Source: Alphaproteobacteria bacterium
GTDB lineage: Bacteria; Pseudomonadota; Alphaproteobacteria; CAAHEQ01; UBA3637
Direction: 5' to 3'
Assembly: GCA_045638265.1 (NCBI GenBank)
Contig: JAZUBA010000051.1
Span: forward strand, 30,194-94,193
Length of the DNA stretch: 64,000 nt
Of the stretch, positions 9,634 to 18,404 are shown in pieces (position 1 is the stretch's first letter; the number at the start of each line of letters is the position of its first letter). The notes under the pieces were generated by a model that did no database searches, was not told the DNA's origin, and saw only the letters and a program-made list of their open reading frames with translations. A program made the translations under genes and the position numbers.

Positions 9634-11309
9634 TATTTAACTCCTACTTTTTTCATAATATATTTTTGTTGTGCAATAGACAAAATGTTACTCCATGTCC
9701 AGTATAAGACCAAGCCAGCTGCGAATCCGCCTAACATGAATGTAAAGACAATTGGAAACCATTTCATCATTTTGGCCTGTGTCGGATCAGCCGGTGCCGG
9801 ATTGAGTTTTTGTTGTACATACATGGTAATACCCATCAAAATCGGTAAGACGCCTAAGTTTAAGAATGCCGGGATAGGCCAATCTAAATAGCCGAATGCC
9901 GTGAAGACAGAAGAGGGATCCGGCATAGATAAATCGTTAATCCAACCATAAAACGGTGCCTGACGCATATTGATTGAAACAGATAACACTTTATACAAAG
10001 CATAAAAGACTGGAATTTGTAAGAATAAAGGCAAACAACCGGATGCAGGATTGACTTTTTCCCGTTTGTATAAATTCATCATTTCAATTTGTAATCTGGA
10101 ACGATCATCTTTATACCGTTCTTGTAATTGTTGCATTTTTGGTTGAATTTTACGCATTGTTGCCATGCTGGCATATGATTTTGTAGCAATCGGCAATAAA
10201 AGTAAACGGATGAGTGTCGCAAATACTAAAATGGCAATACCCATGTTCCCTAAAATATCGTATAAGAAGTTTAAGAGATACAAAAACGGTTTTGTGAATA
10301 CATAAAACCAACCAAAATCAATTGTTAAGTCAAATTTGGGAATGTTGTATTCGTTTTCGTATTTCGTCAATAAATTAATATCTTTGGCACCTGTAAATGT
10401 ACGACCTGTTCGGGTGTAACTACCCCCGGCAGGAATCGTTACTTCTTTACCTGTAAAAGTTGCAGTATATAAGTTTGGTTCCTGATATTCAAATTGTACG
10501 GTTCCTTGTTCTCGTTCATCTAAAATAAGGGCTGTTTGCCAATATTTATCTGTAAAACCAAGCCAACCGCCTTTTGCCTTGTCAGAATAAGATTCTTTTT
10601 TAATATCAGCATATTCTTCTTCAATTAAACGATCTTTTAAAACAGCAATGAATCCTTCATGGACAACGGAAGTTGCCGGCATTTTATCTAATTGACGCAC
10701 AACTTCACCTGTAAATGTTATTCTGATGGGTTTATCAGTTACGTTTGTAAATGTATCGGTTGTTGTTGTTAAATAATCATTATCAACTGATAATTTACGT
10801 TCCCATTTAAGCGATTCGTTTTGACCATTGATAATGACGGGTGTTTGAGGAGATAACGTTGCATAATCTTGTGCGGCAGTCAGTGTCGGAATTTTTGCAT
10901 CCGGACTGGTCCATCTTGTTTGTGTGTAATATGCATCGGATAATAAAGTAACTGCAGGACTGTTTTTATCCAAAGTTTCCTTATATTTTAATAAACGAAC
11001 ATCATTCATTTGTCCGGATTGAACATTTAATGTTGCTGATAAAGAATCGTTTTGTATAATAATGTGTTGTTCAGGCATTGCATTATCAATAACTGTTTCT
11101 GTTATTGTTGTTTCTTGCTTTGTGGATTCGGTATCAGGTTGTGTTGATGTATTAACTTGTTCCGCAACAACTTCTATTTGTTGTGGTTGTACGAAAGGTT
11201 TTTTAGGTTGCGTCGGGAAAAAGTAATTTCCTACCCATAAAACGCCTGCCGATAAAATGGCAACAAGTAATAATCTCTTTCTGTCCGTTTGTTCAAAATC
11301 AGGTTTCAT
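9633..11309 (-). CDS. yidC: Membrane protein insertase YidC
   Basis: 558 aa. N-terminal TM, large periplasmic domain, C-terminal 5-TM core. Conserved position after yidD/rnpA/rpmH. Confidence 0.9.
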   Translation of the reverse strand: MKPDFEQTDRKRLLLVAILSAGVLWVGNYFFPTQPKKPFVQPQQIEVVAEQVNTSTQPDTESTKQETTITETVIDNAMPEQHIIIQNDSLSATLNVQSGQMNDVRLLKYKETLDKNSPAVTLLSDAYYTQTRWTSPDAKIPTLTAAQDYATLSPQTPVIINGQNESLKWERKLSVDNDYLTTTTDTFTNVTDKPIRITFTGEVVRQLDKMPATSVVHEGFIAVLKDRLIEEEYADIKKESYSDKAKGGWLGFTDKYWQTALILDEREQGTVQFEYQEPNLYTATFTGKEVTIPAGGSYTRTGRTFTGAKDINLLTKYENEYNIPKFDLTIDFGWFYVFTKPFLYLLNFLYDILGNMGIAILVFATLIRLLLLPIATKSYASMATMRKIQPKMQQLQERYKDDRSRLQIEMMNLYKREKVNPASGCLPLFLQIPVFYALYKVLSVSINMRQAPFYGWINDLSMPDPSSVFTAFGYLDWPIPAFLNLGVLPILMGITMYVQQKLNPAPADPTQAKMMKWFPIVFTFMLGGFAAGLVLYWTWSNILSIAQQKYIMKKVGVK

Positions 11310-11310
11310 T

Positions 11311-11619
11311 TTAATTATCCTTTTTTTCTTCTTTTGTTAATTGTTTGGGTGGAACGGGATCATATCCATAACTACCCCACGGATGACACCGCAAAATTCG
11401 TTTGAGCGTGAGAATAGCACCTTTTTTTATTCCATGCAACAAAAAAGCTTCTTTGGCATAAGCAGAGCAGGTTGGTGTAAAGCGACAACTTGGTGTTTTG
11501 AGCGGAGATAATACTTTTTGATAAATCCATATTAGAGATAAACATATCAATAATATGGATTTTTTTATGCTTGTTTTTAAAATATTTATTGCTTTTTGAA
11601 AAAAAAACGACATAGGCAA
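11311..11619 (-). CDS. yidD: Membrane protein insertion efficiency factor YidD (true start may be an internal Met)
   Basis: Contains [14 protein letters not shown]...[12 protein letters not shown], the hallmark of YidD. The ORF is longer than the usual ~70-85 aa, so a downstream start is possible. Confidence 0.8.
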   Translation of the reverse strand: MPMSFFFQKAINILKTSIKKSILLICLSLIWIYQKVLSPLKTPSCRFTPTCSAYAKEAFLLHGIKKGAILTLKRILRCHPWGSYGYDPVPPKQLTKEEKKDN

Positions 11620-11623
11620 TCCG

Positions 11624-12085
11624 TTAAATAAATGAATTCGTTGTTGCTAATTCATTGTTTAGTGTTTGAATTGCTTCTGTTTCATTGTCGATTTCGTCAT
11701 TTGTTGTATCCGATTCGGACGCTGTTTCGGGTTTGAGTGATTTTTTAAATTGACGCAATACGTAAAGCATATCTTGCTTTAATAAATCCATTTCTCTGGT
11801 TTCTGTAGCAGAGCGACCGATAAAAACATAATCATATCCGATAGGGGCTTTTGGTACAAATGTCAGACGAACAGCCTCACGCAAACGACGTCTGATTTTA
11901 TTGCGAATAACGGCACATCCTAGTTTTTTTGTTGTTGTAAAACCAACACGAACCGTTTCTTTTTCATTAGGAATAACTTGCAGAATAACACCAGAGGCAA
12001 CAAATTTTCGTCCATTATGGGTTGCTCTCATAAAAGTTTTGCGTTTTAAAATTCTTTCCGGTAATGAAAAATTGTGTTGTGTCAT
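11624..12085 (-). CDS. rnpA: Ribonuclease P protein component RnpA (with acidic C-terminal extension)
   Basis: Basic core ...[13 protein letters not shown]... typical of RnpA. Immediately downstream of rpmH. Confidence 0.85.
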   Translation of the reverse strand: MTQHNFSLPERILKRKTFMRATHNGRKFVASGVILQVIPNEKETVRVGFTTTKKLGCAVIRNKIRRRLREAVRLTFVPKAPIGYDYVFIGRSATETREMDLLKQDMLYVLRQFKKSLKPETASESDTTNDEIDNETEAIQTLNNELATTNSFI

Positions 12086-12112
12086 AACGGTTATTTTGTC
12101 TGCTTTATATTA

Positions 12113-12145
12113 AAAAAGAACGCAATGATGTCGCGTTCTTTTATT
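12113..12145 (-). terminator. rpmH-rnpA intergenic hairpin (attenuator/partial terminator)
   Basis: Minus-strand hairpin aagaacgc/gcgttctt followed by T-run. In the position of the known rpmH-rnpA attenuator in other gammaproteobacteria. Confidence 0.45.
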
Positions 12146-12173
12146 CTATCTTAAACGTCTTAATACTTTCAAA

Positions 12174-12308
12174 TTAAGCACTTAAAACTTTACGACCTTT
12201 ACGGCGACGTGCGTTTAAAACTTTACGACCACCGACAGTTGCCATTCTGGCACGAAAACCATGACGGCGTGTGCGAACGAGTTTGCTTGGTTGATATGTG
12301 CGTTTCAT
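12174..12308 (-). CDS. rpmH: 50S ribosomal protein L34
   Basis: Hand translation of the reverse strand gives [44 protein letters not shown]. Not in the supplied ORF track (<60 aa). Confidence 0.92.
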   Translation of the reverse strand: MKRTYQPSKLVRTRRHGFRARMATVGGRKVLNARRRKGRKVLSA

Positions 12309-12539
12309 AATACTTCTCCATAAAAATACAATTAAAAAATGAAAGATGATAAGCTTATACCTAAAAATTTTTAAAAAGTCAAGTACTTTTTTTAAAAATG
12401 TTATGATTAATCTTTTAGCATGTTTGTTTATTGGTATGTGATATCATTTTGTAGATGATAGATTGTTTTATTTGAATATAAATTTTTATTATTAATCCAA
12501 TTTTCAAGATATTTTAATCAATAAGGTGTTTAAGATAAA

Positions 12540-12575
12540 AAAATACGCCTGATATGTATCAGACGTATTTTATTA
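12540..12575 (-). terminator. Rho-independent terminator after the 12582..13361 gene
   Basis: Minus-strand hairpin aatacgtctgata/tatcaggcgtatt followed by TTTTTTT. Confidence 0.55.
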
Positions 12576-12581
12576 GTATCC

Positions 12582-13361
12582 TTATTTCATGGCCGGAATT
12601 TTGATTTCAACAAAGTGTCCGGCAGGAATGCGTTGTTTTGCATATTGCGGATTAACCATTTGAATTGAATAATTTTGCATACCGGTTAATTCGGCTGCTT
12701 TTTTGAAAAACTTTTCGGCTGTTTCATCATATCGACTGGTATTCATGATGTATAAAAGACAAGCTTGTCCCCTATCGGTACGACCACATAATGGCATACG
12801 ATTGGTAATATCTTTATTACGAATGACTAATTTTTCAAATCCGCTACATTGTGTTTTAGGTTGTGAGCTACTACCTCCCCCCATCATTAAGCCTAATAAA
12901 AGTCCTAACATTACTGCACCACCTAATGCAATAGCAATACCTTTCATTGTTGTTAAAAAAGGCGGGATGTTATTTGCATTGGCTTGTTGTGCGTTTATTA
13001 TTTGATGAACAGGTTGAGATGCATGATGGCTGTGCATAGATTGTTGTGCTTGTTCATTTTGATATGGAACTTGTCCGCTTTGATGAGATTGAACACCTGC
13101 TGGACGAGGAGTTTGTCTCATTGGTTGACGTGGCACTTGTCCTTGACGAGAAGTTTGTCCCATTGGTTGATGTGGTGCTTGTCCTTGACGTGGAGCTTGC
13201 CCCATCGGTTGACGGGGTGCTTGTCCTTGACGAGGAACTTGTCCCATCGGTTGACGAGGTGCTTGTCCATGACGAGGTGGAATACCTGTCGGACGCGGTG
13301 CTTGATTGGAATTAAACTGTTGCGATCCATTTCCTGATGGATTTTGATTAGATTGATTCAT
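12582..13361 (-). CDS. Bitopic protein: Gln/Pro-rich repeat N-terminal region, single TM, ~90-aa C-terminal domain (hypothetical)
   Basis: Tandem GQ(A/V)PRQPMGQ(A/T)PRQ repeats, then TM GIAIALGGAVMLGLLLGLMMGGG, then a C-terminal globular region. Last gene of the co-oriented cluster 19394..12582. Confidence 0.5.
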   Translation of the reverse strand: MNQSNQNPSGNGSQQFNSNQAPRPTGIPPRHGQAPRQPMGQVPRQGQAPRQPMGQAPRQGQAPHQPMGQTSRQGQVPRQPMRQTPRPAGVQSHQSGQVPYQNEQAQQSMHSHHASQPVHQIINAQQANANNIPPFLTTMKGIAIALGGAVMLGLLLGLMMGGGSSSQPKTQCSGFEKLVIRNKDITNRMPLCGRTDRGQACLLYIMNTSRYDETAEKFFKKAAELTGMQNYSIQMVNPQYAKQRIPAGHFVEIKIPAMK

Positions 13362-13364
13362 TGA

Positions 13365-14546
13365 TTATTTCCCCCCGATTAAACGAATCAGCTTTAATTT
13401 CATAACCACTAATAATTCTGAACCGAAGCCCATTTGATCCGGAATACCGATAACGGCTAATTCATCATCAATGGCTGTATTGACACGGAATGTTGATAAT
13501 TCACCATTAGCCGAATCAATGGTAACTTGTGTGTTGATTGTATCATCATCTCTTAAATATGGGTACAATAAAACGGCTAATTGATTTTGCATATAAGGAC
13601 CTTTGGCACAACGACCAATATCAAATCTCATTTTCCAACCGTTTGGAACAACGGCAGTTCCTTCACTGATTAATGTTGGTTGATAATATTGACTGATTGT
13701 GTTTAACAATGCTTTTGAATTTTTTTGGTGCCCCATAGCAATTAATTTGCCCATTAAACCGCTTGTAGATGAATGAACTTTATCAACGCCGAATGATTGA
13801 ATAATTTGTCCCCAATCACCACCGTTAGCAATAGATGCAATGGAGTAAATTTGTGTGTCAGAAACAAGCATGCGTCCGTCTTTAACAATTTTTTCTATCA
13901 ATTCTTTAACACGAATTTCTTCCTGACGTGTTAATGTGAGTGATAATACACTGGCGCCCCAGTTTGGATTAACATTTTCAATACCAGCCCCGCGTAAGGC
14001 ATCTAAAATACCTAATATTAAAGTACGATTATTTGGTAATTTTAATTCAAAATTTCCCCGTCTTGACAGATTTAAACGTTTTTTACTGTCATCATATTTG
14101 TAATAGGTGTCACCTGCTTTTGTTAATTCATCAACAACAACGGATAGTTCGCCATAAACGTCTTTTGCGTTAAATGTAACATACGATTCGTCGTCGGTAA
14201 AGACTTCAATTTTAGCTTCTTCAAGCAATTTTTGAAGAGCAATATCCAATGCCATATTATCAAATGTATAACCATTGACTTCATAACGAGGTAATTCATC
14301 AATTTTATCAATATACGTTAATTGAAAATCATCTTTTTCATATTTAACAGAGGTAATAATCCGTTGATCTGACAAATCATCCGTTTGGCAACGATAAGGT
14401 GTTTCTATGTTTAACAATGTAACCGACTGATTTGGTTCGGGTACTGCTTGATAGAACGGATAATAATTGTAAAATTGTGCGTTTGCAACACTTGTAGCCA
14501 ATACAACGGGTAATGCAAATGTAAAAAGATGTTTCAACTGTATCAT
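13365..14546 (-). CDS. Secreted/periplasmic protein (hypothetical)
   Basis: 393 aa. Cleavable signal peptide MIQLKHLFTFALPVVLATSVANA. Start is 4 nt after the preceding gene's stop, so it is part of the operon. Confidence 0.5.
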   Translation of the reverse strand: MIQLKHLFTFALPVVLATSVANAQFYNYYPFYQAVPEPNQSVTLLNIETPYRCQTDDLSDQRIITSVKYEKDDFQLTYIDKIDELPRYEVNGYTFDNMALDIALQKLLEEAKIEVFTDDESYVTFNAKDVYGELSVVVDELTKAGDTYYKYDDSKKRLNLSRRGNFELKLPNNRTLILGILDALRGAGIENVNPNWGASVLSLTLTRQEEIRVKELIEKIVKDGRMLVSDTQIYSIASIANGGDWGQIIQSFGVDKVHSSTSGLMGKLIAMGHQKNSKALLNTISQYYQPTLISEGTAVVPNGWKMRFDIGRCAKGPYMQNQLAVLLYPYLRDDDTINTQVTIDSANGELSTFRVNTAIDDELAVIGIPDQMGFGSELLVVMKLKLIRLIGGK

Positions 14547-14658
14547 AATTTGTATCCTCTTTTTGTTAAATTGTTTTATGTTAATAAAACCTTCTATATA
14601 TTGTCATACATCATTTTTAAGTGATTGTGAAGTCTTTTTTTATTTTTTTGTCCTTTTT

Positions 14659-15897
14659 TTATGAATCATAAGGATCATCAATCATCTCAAAACCATCCGG
14701 AGCCGGTCCAAGATATTCCCTACGACTACTTGTATCTACCATACCTAACAGACGGCGAGCTTCATCTACGTCCATTTCGTCGGCAATTAATGAAGTTACG
14801 TCTGATGGAGAGTTTGCATAAGCAACTTCTAAATCTTTTTCTAACACAATTAAGCTATTTTTTAAAACATTTAAGCCGTCTTGTCTCACTTCTTCTAAAG
14901 CAGGATAATAGGTAGGTGATGATAAAACTTCTTGAATGTCTTTTTTTGCTTGTTCCATAGCATCAATTAAAAAGCCGTAATATTTATATTTGTAAATTTC
15001 AATATTGCCTAACGAAATACAACGAGCATCAATCCATGTATGAACGATATTGACAAAATCTAATTGTCTAAATGCACGCATAGCCATGAAATGTTCTTTT
15101 GTTTCAGGATGTTGTGGTTCCATAATTGGTAGTGGTTCTGCGTATTGAGATGTATTTTCATCGTAATAGGTGTCGGACTGATTGGAAAATTCAGGATGTA
15201 CATCTCCGCCTTCACCATAGTACGATTGAGCAGAGCCGTCATCAATATAGGAAGAAACGTCTTCATCATAATCATAATTATTATATTGGTCGTAATTTTC
15301 ATCAGAGGATGATGTATTCTCGCTCATTTCACCATTATCATAAGCATATCCGTCATTAGGATTATAATAGTCTTGTGTCGGAATTTCCGGATTTTGTGGC
15401 AAATCAGGAACAATGTCATAATCTGGTAAATCAGCATTTTGAGGTATTTCATCTATATCTAATGCCTGAGGTTCATCAAAGTCATCTGATTGAGGTTCTT
15501 GCTGCATCGTTTCAGGAGATGTATCATATTGTTCCATTAATGATTGTTGACGTATTTTTTCCTGTAACTGGTTGATAATATCCAATCCTGCTTGACCAAA
15601 AAAGTTTAACCAATATTCAAGTGTAGGTATCCGTTCGGATATATCAGAAACATTAAGAGGTTCTGTTTGTGCTAAATATTCCTGAACTTCACCCCATGAG
15701 AGTGTTGCACCGTAATAATGATAAGCGTGATCCAACCGCTCCTTCAATTCCGGTGTTAAATTGGGAAGAGCATCATAAATAGATGAAATCCAATTTTCAC
15801 CTAATTCTTCTGATGCAACAGTTGCAAATGAGGTAAGAGATTCTTGTTCGCCAGTATAGGCATTAAGTGCTTGAATGAGTTTTGCTGTATCTGTCAT
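14659..15897 (-). CDS. Highly acidic protein, hypothetical (start revised to the Met with an AAGAGGA RBS)
   Basis: The track ORF starts at 15951 and overlaps the upstream gene by 44 nt. The Met at 15897 (MTDTAKL...) has AAGAGGA 6 nt upstream and lies 10 nt after the upstream stop. D/E/Y/N-rich low-complexity centre. Confidence 0.5.
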   Translation of the reverse strand: MTDTAKLIQALNAYTGEQESLTSFATVASEELGENWISSIYDALPNLTPELKERLDHAYHYYGATLSWGEVQEYLAQTEPLNVSDISERIPTLEYWLNFFGQAGLDIINQLQEKIRQQSLMEQYDTSPETMQQEPQSDDFDEPQALDIDEIPQNADLPDYDIVPDLPQNPEIPTQDYYNPNDGYAYDNGEMSENTSSSDENYDQYNNYDYDEDVSSYIDDGSAQSYYGEGGDVHPEFSNQSDTYYDENTSQYAEPLPIMEPQHPETKEHFMAMRAFRQLDFVNIVHTWIDARCISLGNIEIYKYKYYGFLIDAMEQAKKDIQEVLSSPTYYPALEEVRQDGLNVLKNSLIVLEKDLEVAYANSPSDVTSLIADEMDVDEARRLLGMVDTSSRREYLGPAPDGFEMIDDPYDS

Positions 15898-15907
15898 TTT
15901 GTCCTCT

Positions 15908-18391
15908 TTATTCATCTGTATCAGCAGTTGTAGTTGGTTTAATTGGGGCAAATGGTGCTTTTGATGGTGTTGGCATTGGTTTTATACCGGCAGGTGGTTG
16001 CATTTTGAAAGATGGAACACCTGTTGGCATTTTAGGCATATTACCTTTAGGAGGTAATGGAGCCGATTTAAAAAGAGGTTTGGCCGAAGGCATTTGTGGC
16101 ATACTGAACGACGGTGGTGTTGTTGGTATTGGCATCGGCATTGCAATAGGTGTCGGAATAGGATGGTTTTCTATTGGTGAAATATTTTGTTCTTCATTAT
16201 CGTAAAATTCTTCTTCTGTTTCTTCAATTATAGGTAAATCATCACCAAACAAGACTTCGTCCATTGTTGGTTCTTCATCAAAGTCGTTAATAACGGAAAG
16301 TTGGTCATCGGCAACCGGTTCTTCATCAAAGTCGTTAATGACAGAAAGTTGATCATCGGCAACCGGTTCTTCGTCAAAGTCGTTGATGACAGAAAGTTGA
16401 TCGTCGGCAATTGGTTCTTCATCAAAGTCGTTAATGACAGAAAGTTGATCATCGGCAACCGGTTCTTCATCAAAGTCGTTAATGACAGAAAGCTGATCAT
16501 CGGCAACTGGTTCTTCGTCAAAGTCGTTGATGACAGAAAGTTGATCATCAGCAATCGGTTCTTCATCAAAGTCGTTAATGACAGAAAGTTGATCGTCGGC
16601 AATTGGTTCTTCGTCAAAGTCGTTGATGACAGAAAGTTGATCGTCGGCAATTGGTTCTTCATCAAAGTCGTTAATGACAGAAAGTTGATCATCGGCAATC
16701 GGTTCTTCTTCTGTTGGCATGTCGTCAGGAAGAGCTTCAAATGTAACAGCCGGTTCTTCTTCTGTTGGCATATCGTCAGGAAGTGACTCAAATGTAACAG
16801 CTGGTTCTTCTTCTGTTGGCATGTCGTCAGGACGAGCTTCAAATGTAACAGCCGGTTCTTCTTCTGTTGGCATGTCGTCAGGAAGTGTTTCAAAGGCAAC
16901 AGCCGGTTCTTCTTCTGTTGGCATGTCGTCAGGAAGAGCTTCAAATGTAACAGCTGGTTCTTCTGTCGGCATATCGTCAGGAAGTGCTTCAAATGTAACA
17001 GCCGGTTCTTCTTCTGTTGGCATGTCGTCAGGAAGAGCTTCAAATGTAACAGCCGGTTCTTCTTCTGTTGGCATGTCGTCAGGAAGTTGTTCAAATGTAA
17101 CGGCTGGTTCTTCTTTTGGCATGTCGTCAGGAAGTTGTTCAAATGTAACGGCTGGTTCTTCTTCTGTTGGCATATCGTCAGGAAGTGTTTCAAATGTAAC
17201 AGCTGGTTCTTCTTCTGTCGGCATGTCGTCAGGAAGTGTTTCAAAGGCAACAGCCTGTTCTTCTTCTGTTGGTATATCGTCAGGAAGTGCTTCAAATGTA
17301 ACAGCCGGTTCTTCATCTGTCGGCATATCGTCAGGAAGTGTTTCAAAGGCAACAACTTGTTGTTCGGGTAACGTTTGTTCAGGAATTGAAGTTGTATCTG
17401 TTTGGGTTACAGCAACTGTTGGAACTGTAACCACTTGAACTTTTGCTTCAGCAATTTTATCAACAACAGATGTCATTAACCGTTCAACTGTACTGTTTTG
17501 AGCTTGCATCATTGAAGCAATTAAATTTTCCTGAGAAGCTTGCCATTTTGCAAAATCATCGGCAGAAAGAGTTGGAACAGGGGAAACGGATTGCCCGTTT
17601 TCGGGCATAACAACTGGTTGAGCTTGAACTTTTGCTTCGACAATTTTGTCAACAACAGATGTCATTAAACGTTCAACAGTATTATTTTGAGCTTGCATCA
17701 TTGAAGCAATTAAATTTTCCTGAGAAGCTTGCCATTTTGCAAAATCATCCGCAGAAAGAGTTGGAACAGGGGAAACGGATTCTCCGTTTTCAGTAACAAC
17801 AGTAGGTTGAGTAATACGCTCGGATATATGTTGCATATGGGATTGCATTTCTTTCAAAGTTTGTTGCATCATTTCCGTTTGTTGACGACTGTTTTCCTGC
17901 AAAACCGTTAATGCTTGTAATAATACTTCATATTGTTTGTTATCAGTTTGCGGAATAACAATTGGGGCTGAATCGCTACCGCTGGAAACAACAGAATTGT
18001 ATGGAACAAATGGCATATCTTCATCGGGTGAAGGTAAATAACCGCTTTTTGATTCTGTTTTGACAGAGCTGTTGCTTTCTTCAGTGTTTTCTTCTGTTGT
18101 ATCAGGTGTGTTATTTCCTTTGGCGGCGACTAAATATTCGTAATATTGACGTACAGTAGGTCCCCCGACAATATCATTCATCATCATACGCACATCATCA
18201 TCGGATGCTAACAGCATTTTGTTGTATTCAGCAACAAATTCTGGCTTTAACACATAGAGTTGGCGAAACATATTAACCAACTTTTGTGCAATAAGCATTA
18301 ATGTATTATCCTGCGTTTTTTTACGATGAATAAAACTATGTAATATTTTGCCGTCTTCGTCTAATTCCGTTGCGGTATCCATTTTTGCCAA
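15908..18391 (-). CDS. 827-aa acidic protein with three classes of tandem repeats and a Pro-rich C-terminus (hypothetical)
   Basis: 9 copies of EEPIADDQLSVINDFD (48 bp). About 13 copies of EEPAVTFE(A/T)LPDDMPT (45-48 bp). 2 copies of a 63-aa unit (PENGQSVSPVPTLSADDFAKWQASQENLIASMMQAQN.TVERLMTSVVDKI.EAKVQ). C-terminal PxxP-rich tail. Confidence 0.6.
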   Translation of the reverse strand: MAKMDTATELDEDGKILHSFIHRKKTQDNTLMLIAQKLVNMFRQLYVLKPEFVAEYNKMLLASDDDVRMMMNDIVGGPTVRQYYEYLVAAKGNNTPDTTEENTEESNSSVKTESKSGYLPSPDEDMPFVPYNSVVSSGSDSAPIVIPQTDNKQYEVLLQALTVLQENSRQQTEMMQQTLKEMQSHMQHISERITQPTVVTENGESVSPVPTLSADDFAKWQASQENLIASMMQAQNNTVERLMTSVVDKIVEAKVQAQPVVMPENGQSVSPVPTLSADDFAKWQASQENLIASMMQAQNSTVERLMTSVVDKIAEAKVQVVTVPTVAVTQTDTTSIPEQTLPEQQVVAFETLPDDMPTDEEPAVTFEALPDDIPTEEEQAVAFETLPDDMPTEEEPAVTFETLPDDMPTEEEPAVTFEQLPDDMPKEEPAVTFEQLPDDMPTEEEPAVTFEALPDDMPTEEEPAVTFEALPDDMPTEEPAVTFEALPDDMPTEEEPAVAFETLPDDMPTEEEPAVTFEARPDDMPTEEEPAVTFESLPDDMPTEEEPAVTFEALPDDMPTEEEPIADDQLSVINDFDEEPIADDQLSVINDFDEEPIADDQLSVINDFDEEPIADDQLSVINDFDEEPVADDQLSVINDFDEEPVADDQLSVINDFDEEPIADDQLSVINDFDEEPVADDQLSVINDFDEEPVADDQLSVINDFDEEPTMDEVLFGDDLPIIEETEEEFYDNEEQNISPIENHPIPTPIAMPMPIPTTPPSFSMPQMPSAKPLFKSAPLPPKGNMPKMPTGVPSFKMQPPAGIKPMPTPSKAPFAPIKPTTTADTDE
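16269..16700. repeat. 48-bp tandem repeat, 9 copies (encodes EEPIADDQLSVINDFD)
   Basis: Nearly identical 48-mers ggttcttcatcaaagtcgttaatgacagaaagttgatcatcggcaacc in direct tandem. Confidence 0.85.
16701..17360. repeat. 45/48-bp tandem repeat, ~13 copies (encodes EEPAVTFEALPDDMPT)
   Basis: Units ttcttcttctgttggcatgtcgtcaggaag.gcttcaaatgtaacagccgg repeated with minor variants. Confidence 0.85.
17434..17810. repeat. ~188-bp direct tandem duplication (2 copies)
   Basis: cttgaacttttgcttc.gcaattttatcaacaacagatgtcattaa.cgttcaac...gcagaaagagttggaacaggggaaacgga present twice back to back. Confidence 0.8.
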
Positions 18392-18404
18392 CCCCTTATA
18401 TTAT

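Noticed and set aside
12309-12581. Possible oriC/DnaA-box cluster in the AT-rich gap upstream of rpmH.
   Set aside because: No dnaA gene adjacent and I could not find convincing TTATCCACA-type boxes by eye. The region is explained by a terminator plus the rpmH promoter.
14659-15951. Track start at 15951 for the acidic protein, overlapping the stop of the repeat gene.
   Set aside because: The Met at 15897 has an AAGAGGA RBS and lies 10 nt after the upstream stop, so the shorter CDS was preferred.
16269-17360. Possible CRISPR array suggested by regular ~48-bp direct repeats.
   Set aside because: Units are contiguous with no unique spacers, are in-frame coding sequence, and no cas genes or leader are present.
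16228-17438. Long alternative-frame ORFs inside the repeat arrays (16228..17355-, 16301..16786+, 16719..17438+, 17087..17371+).
   Set aside because: They are generated by the 48-bp periodic repeats, encode low-complexity strings (LLHLKHFLT..., SSGSASNVTAG...), and lie entirely within the well-supported 15908..18391 frame, which has an RBS and operon context.
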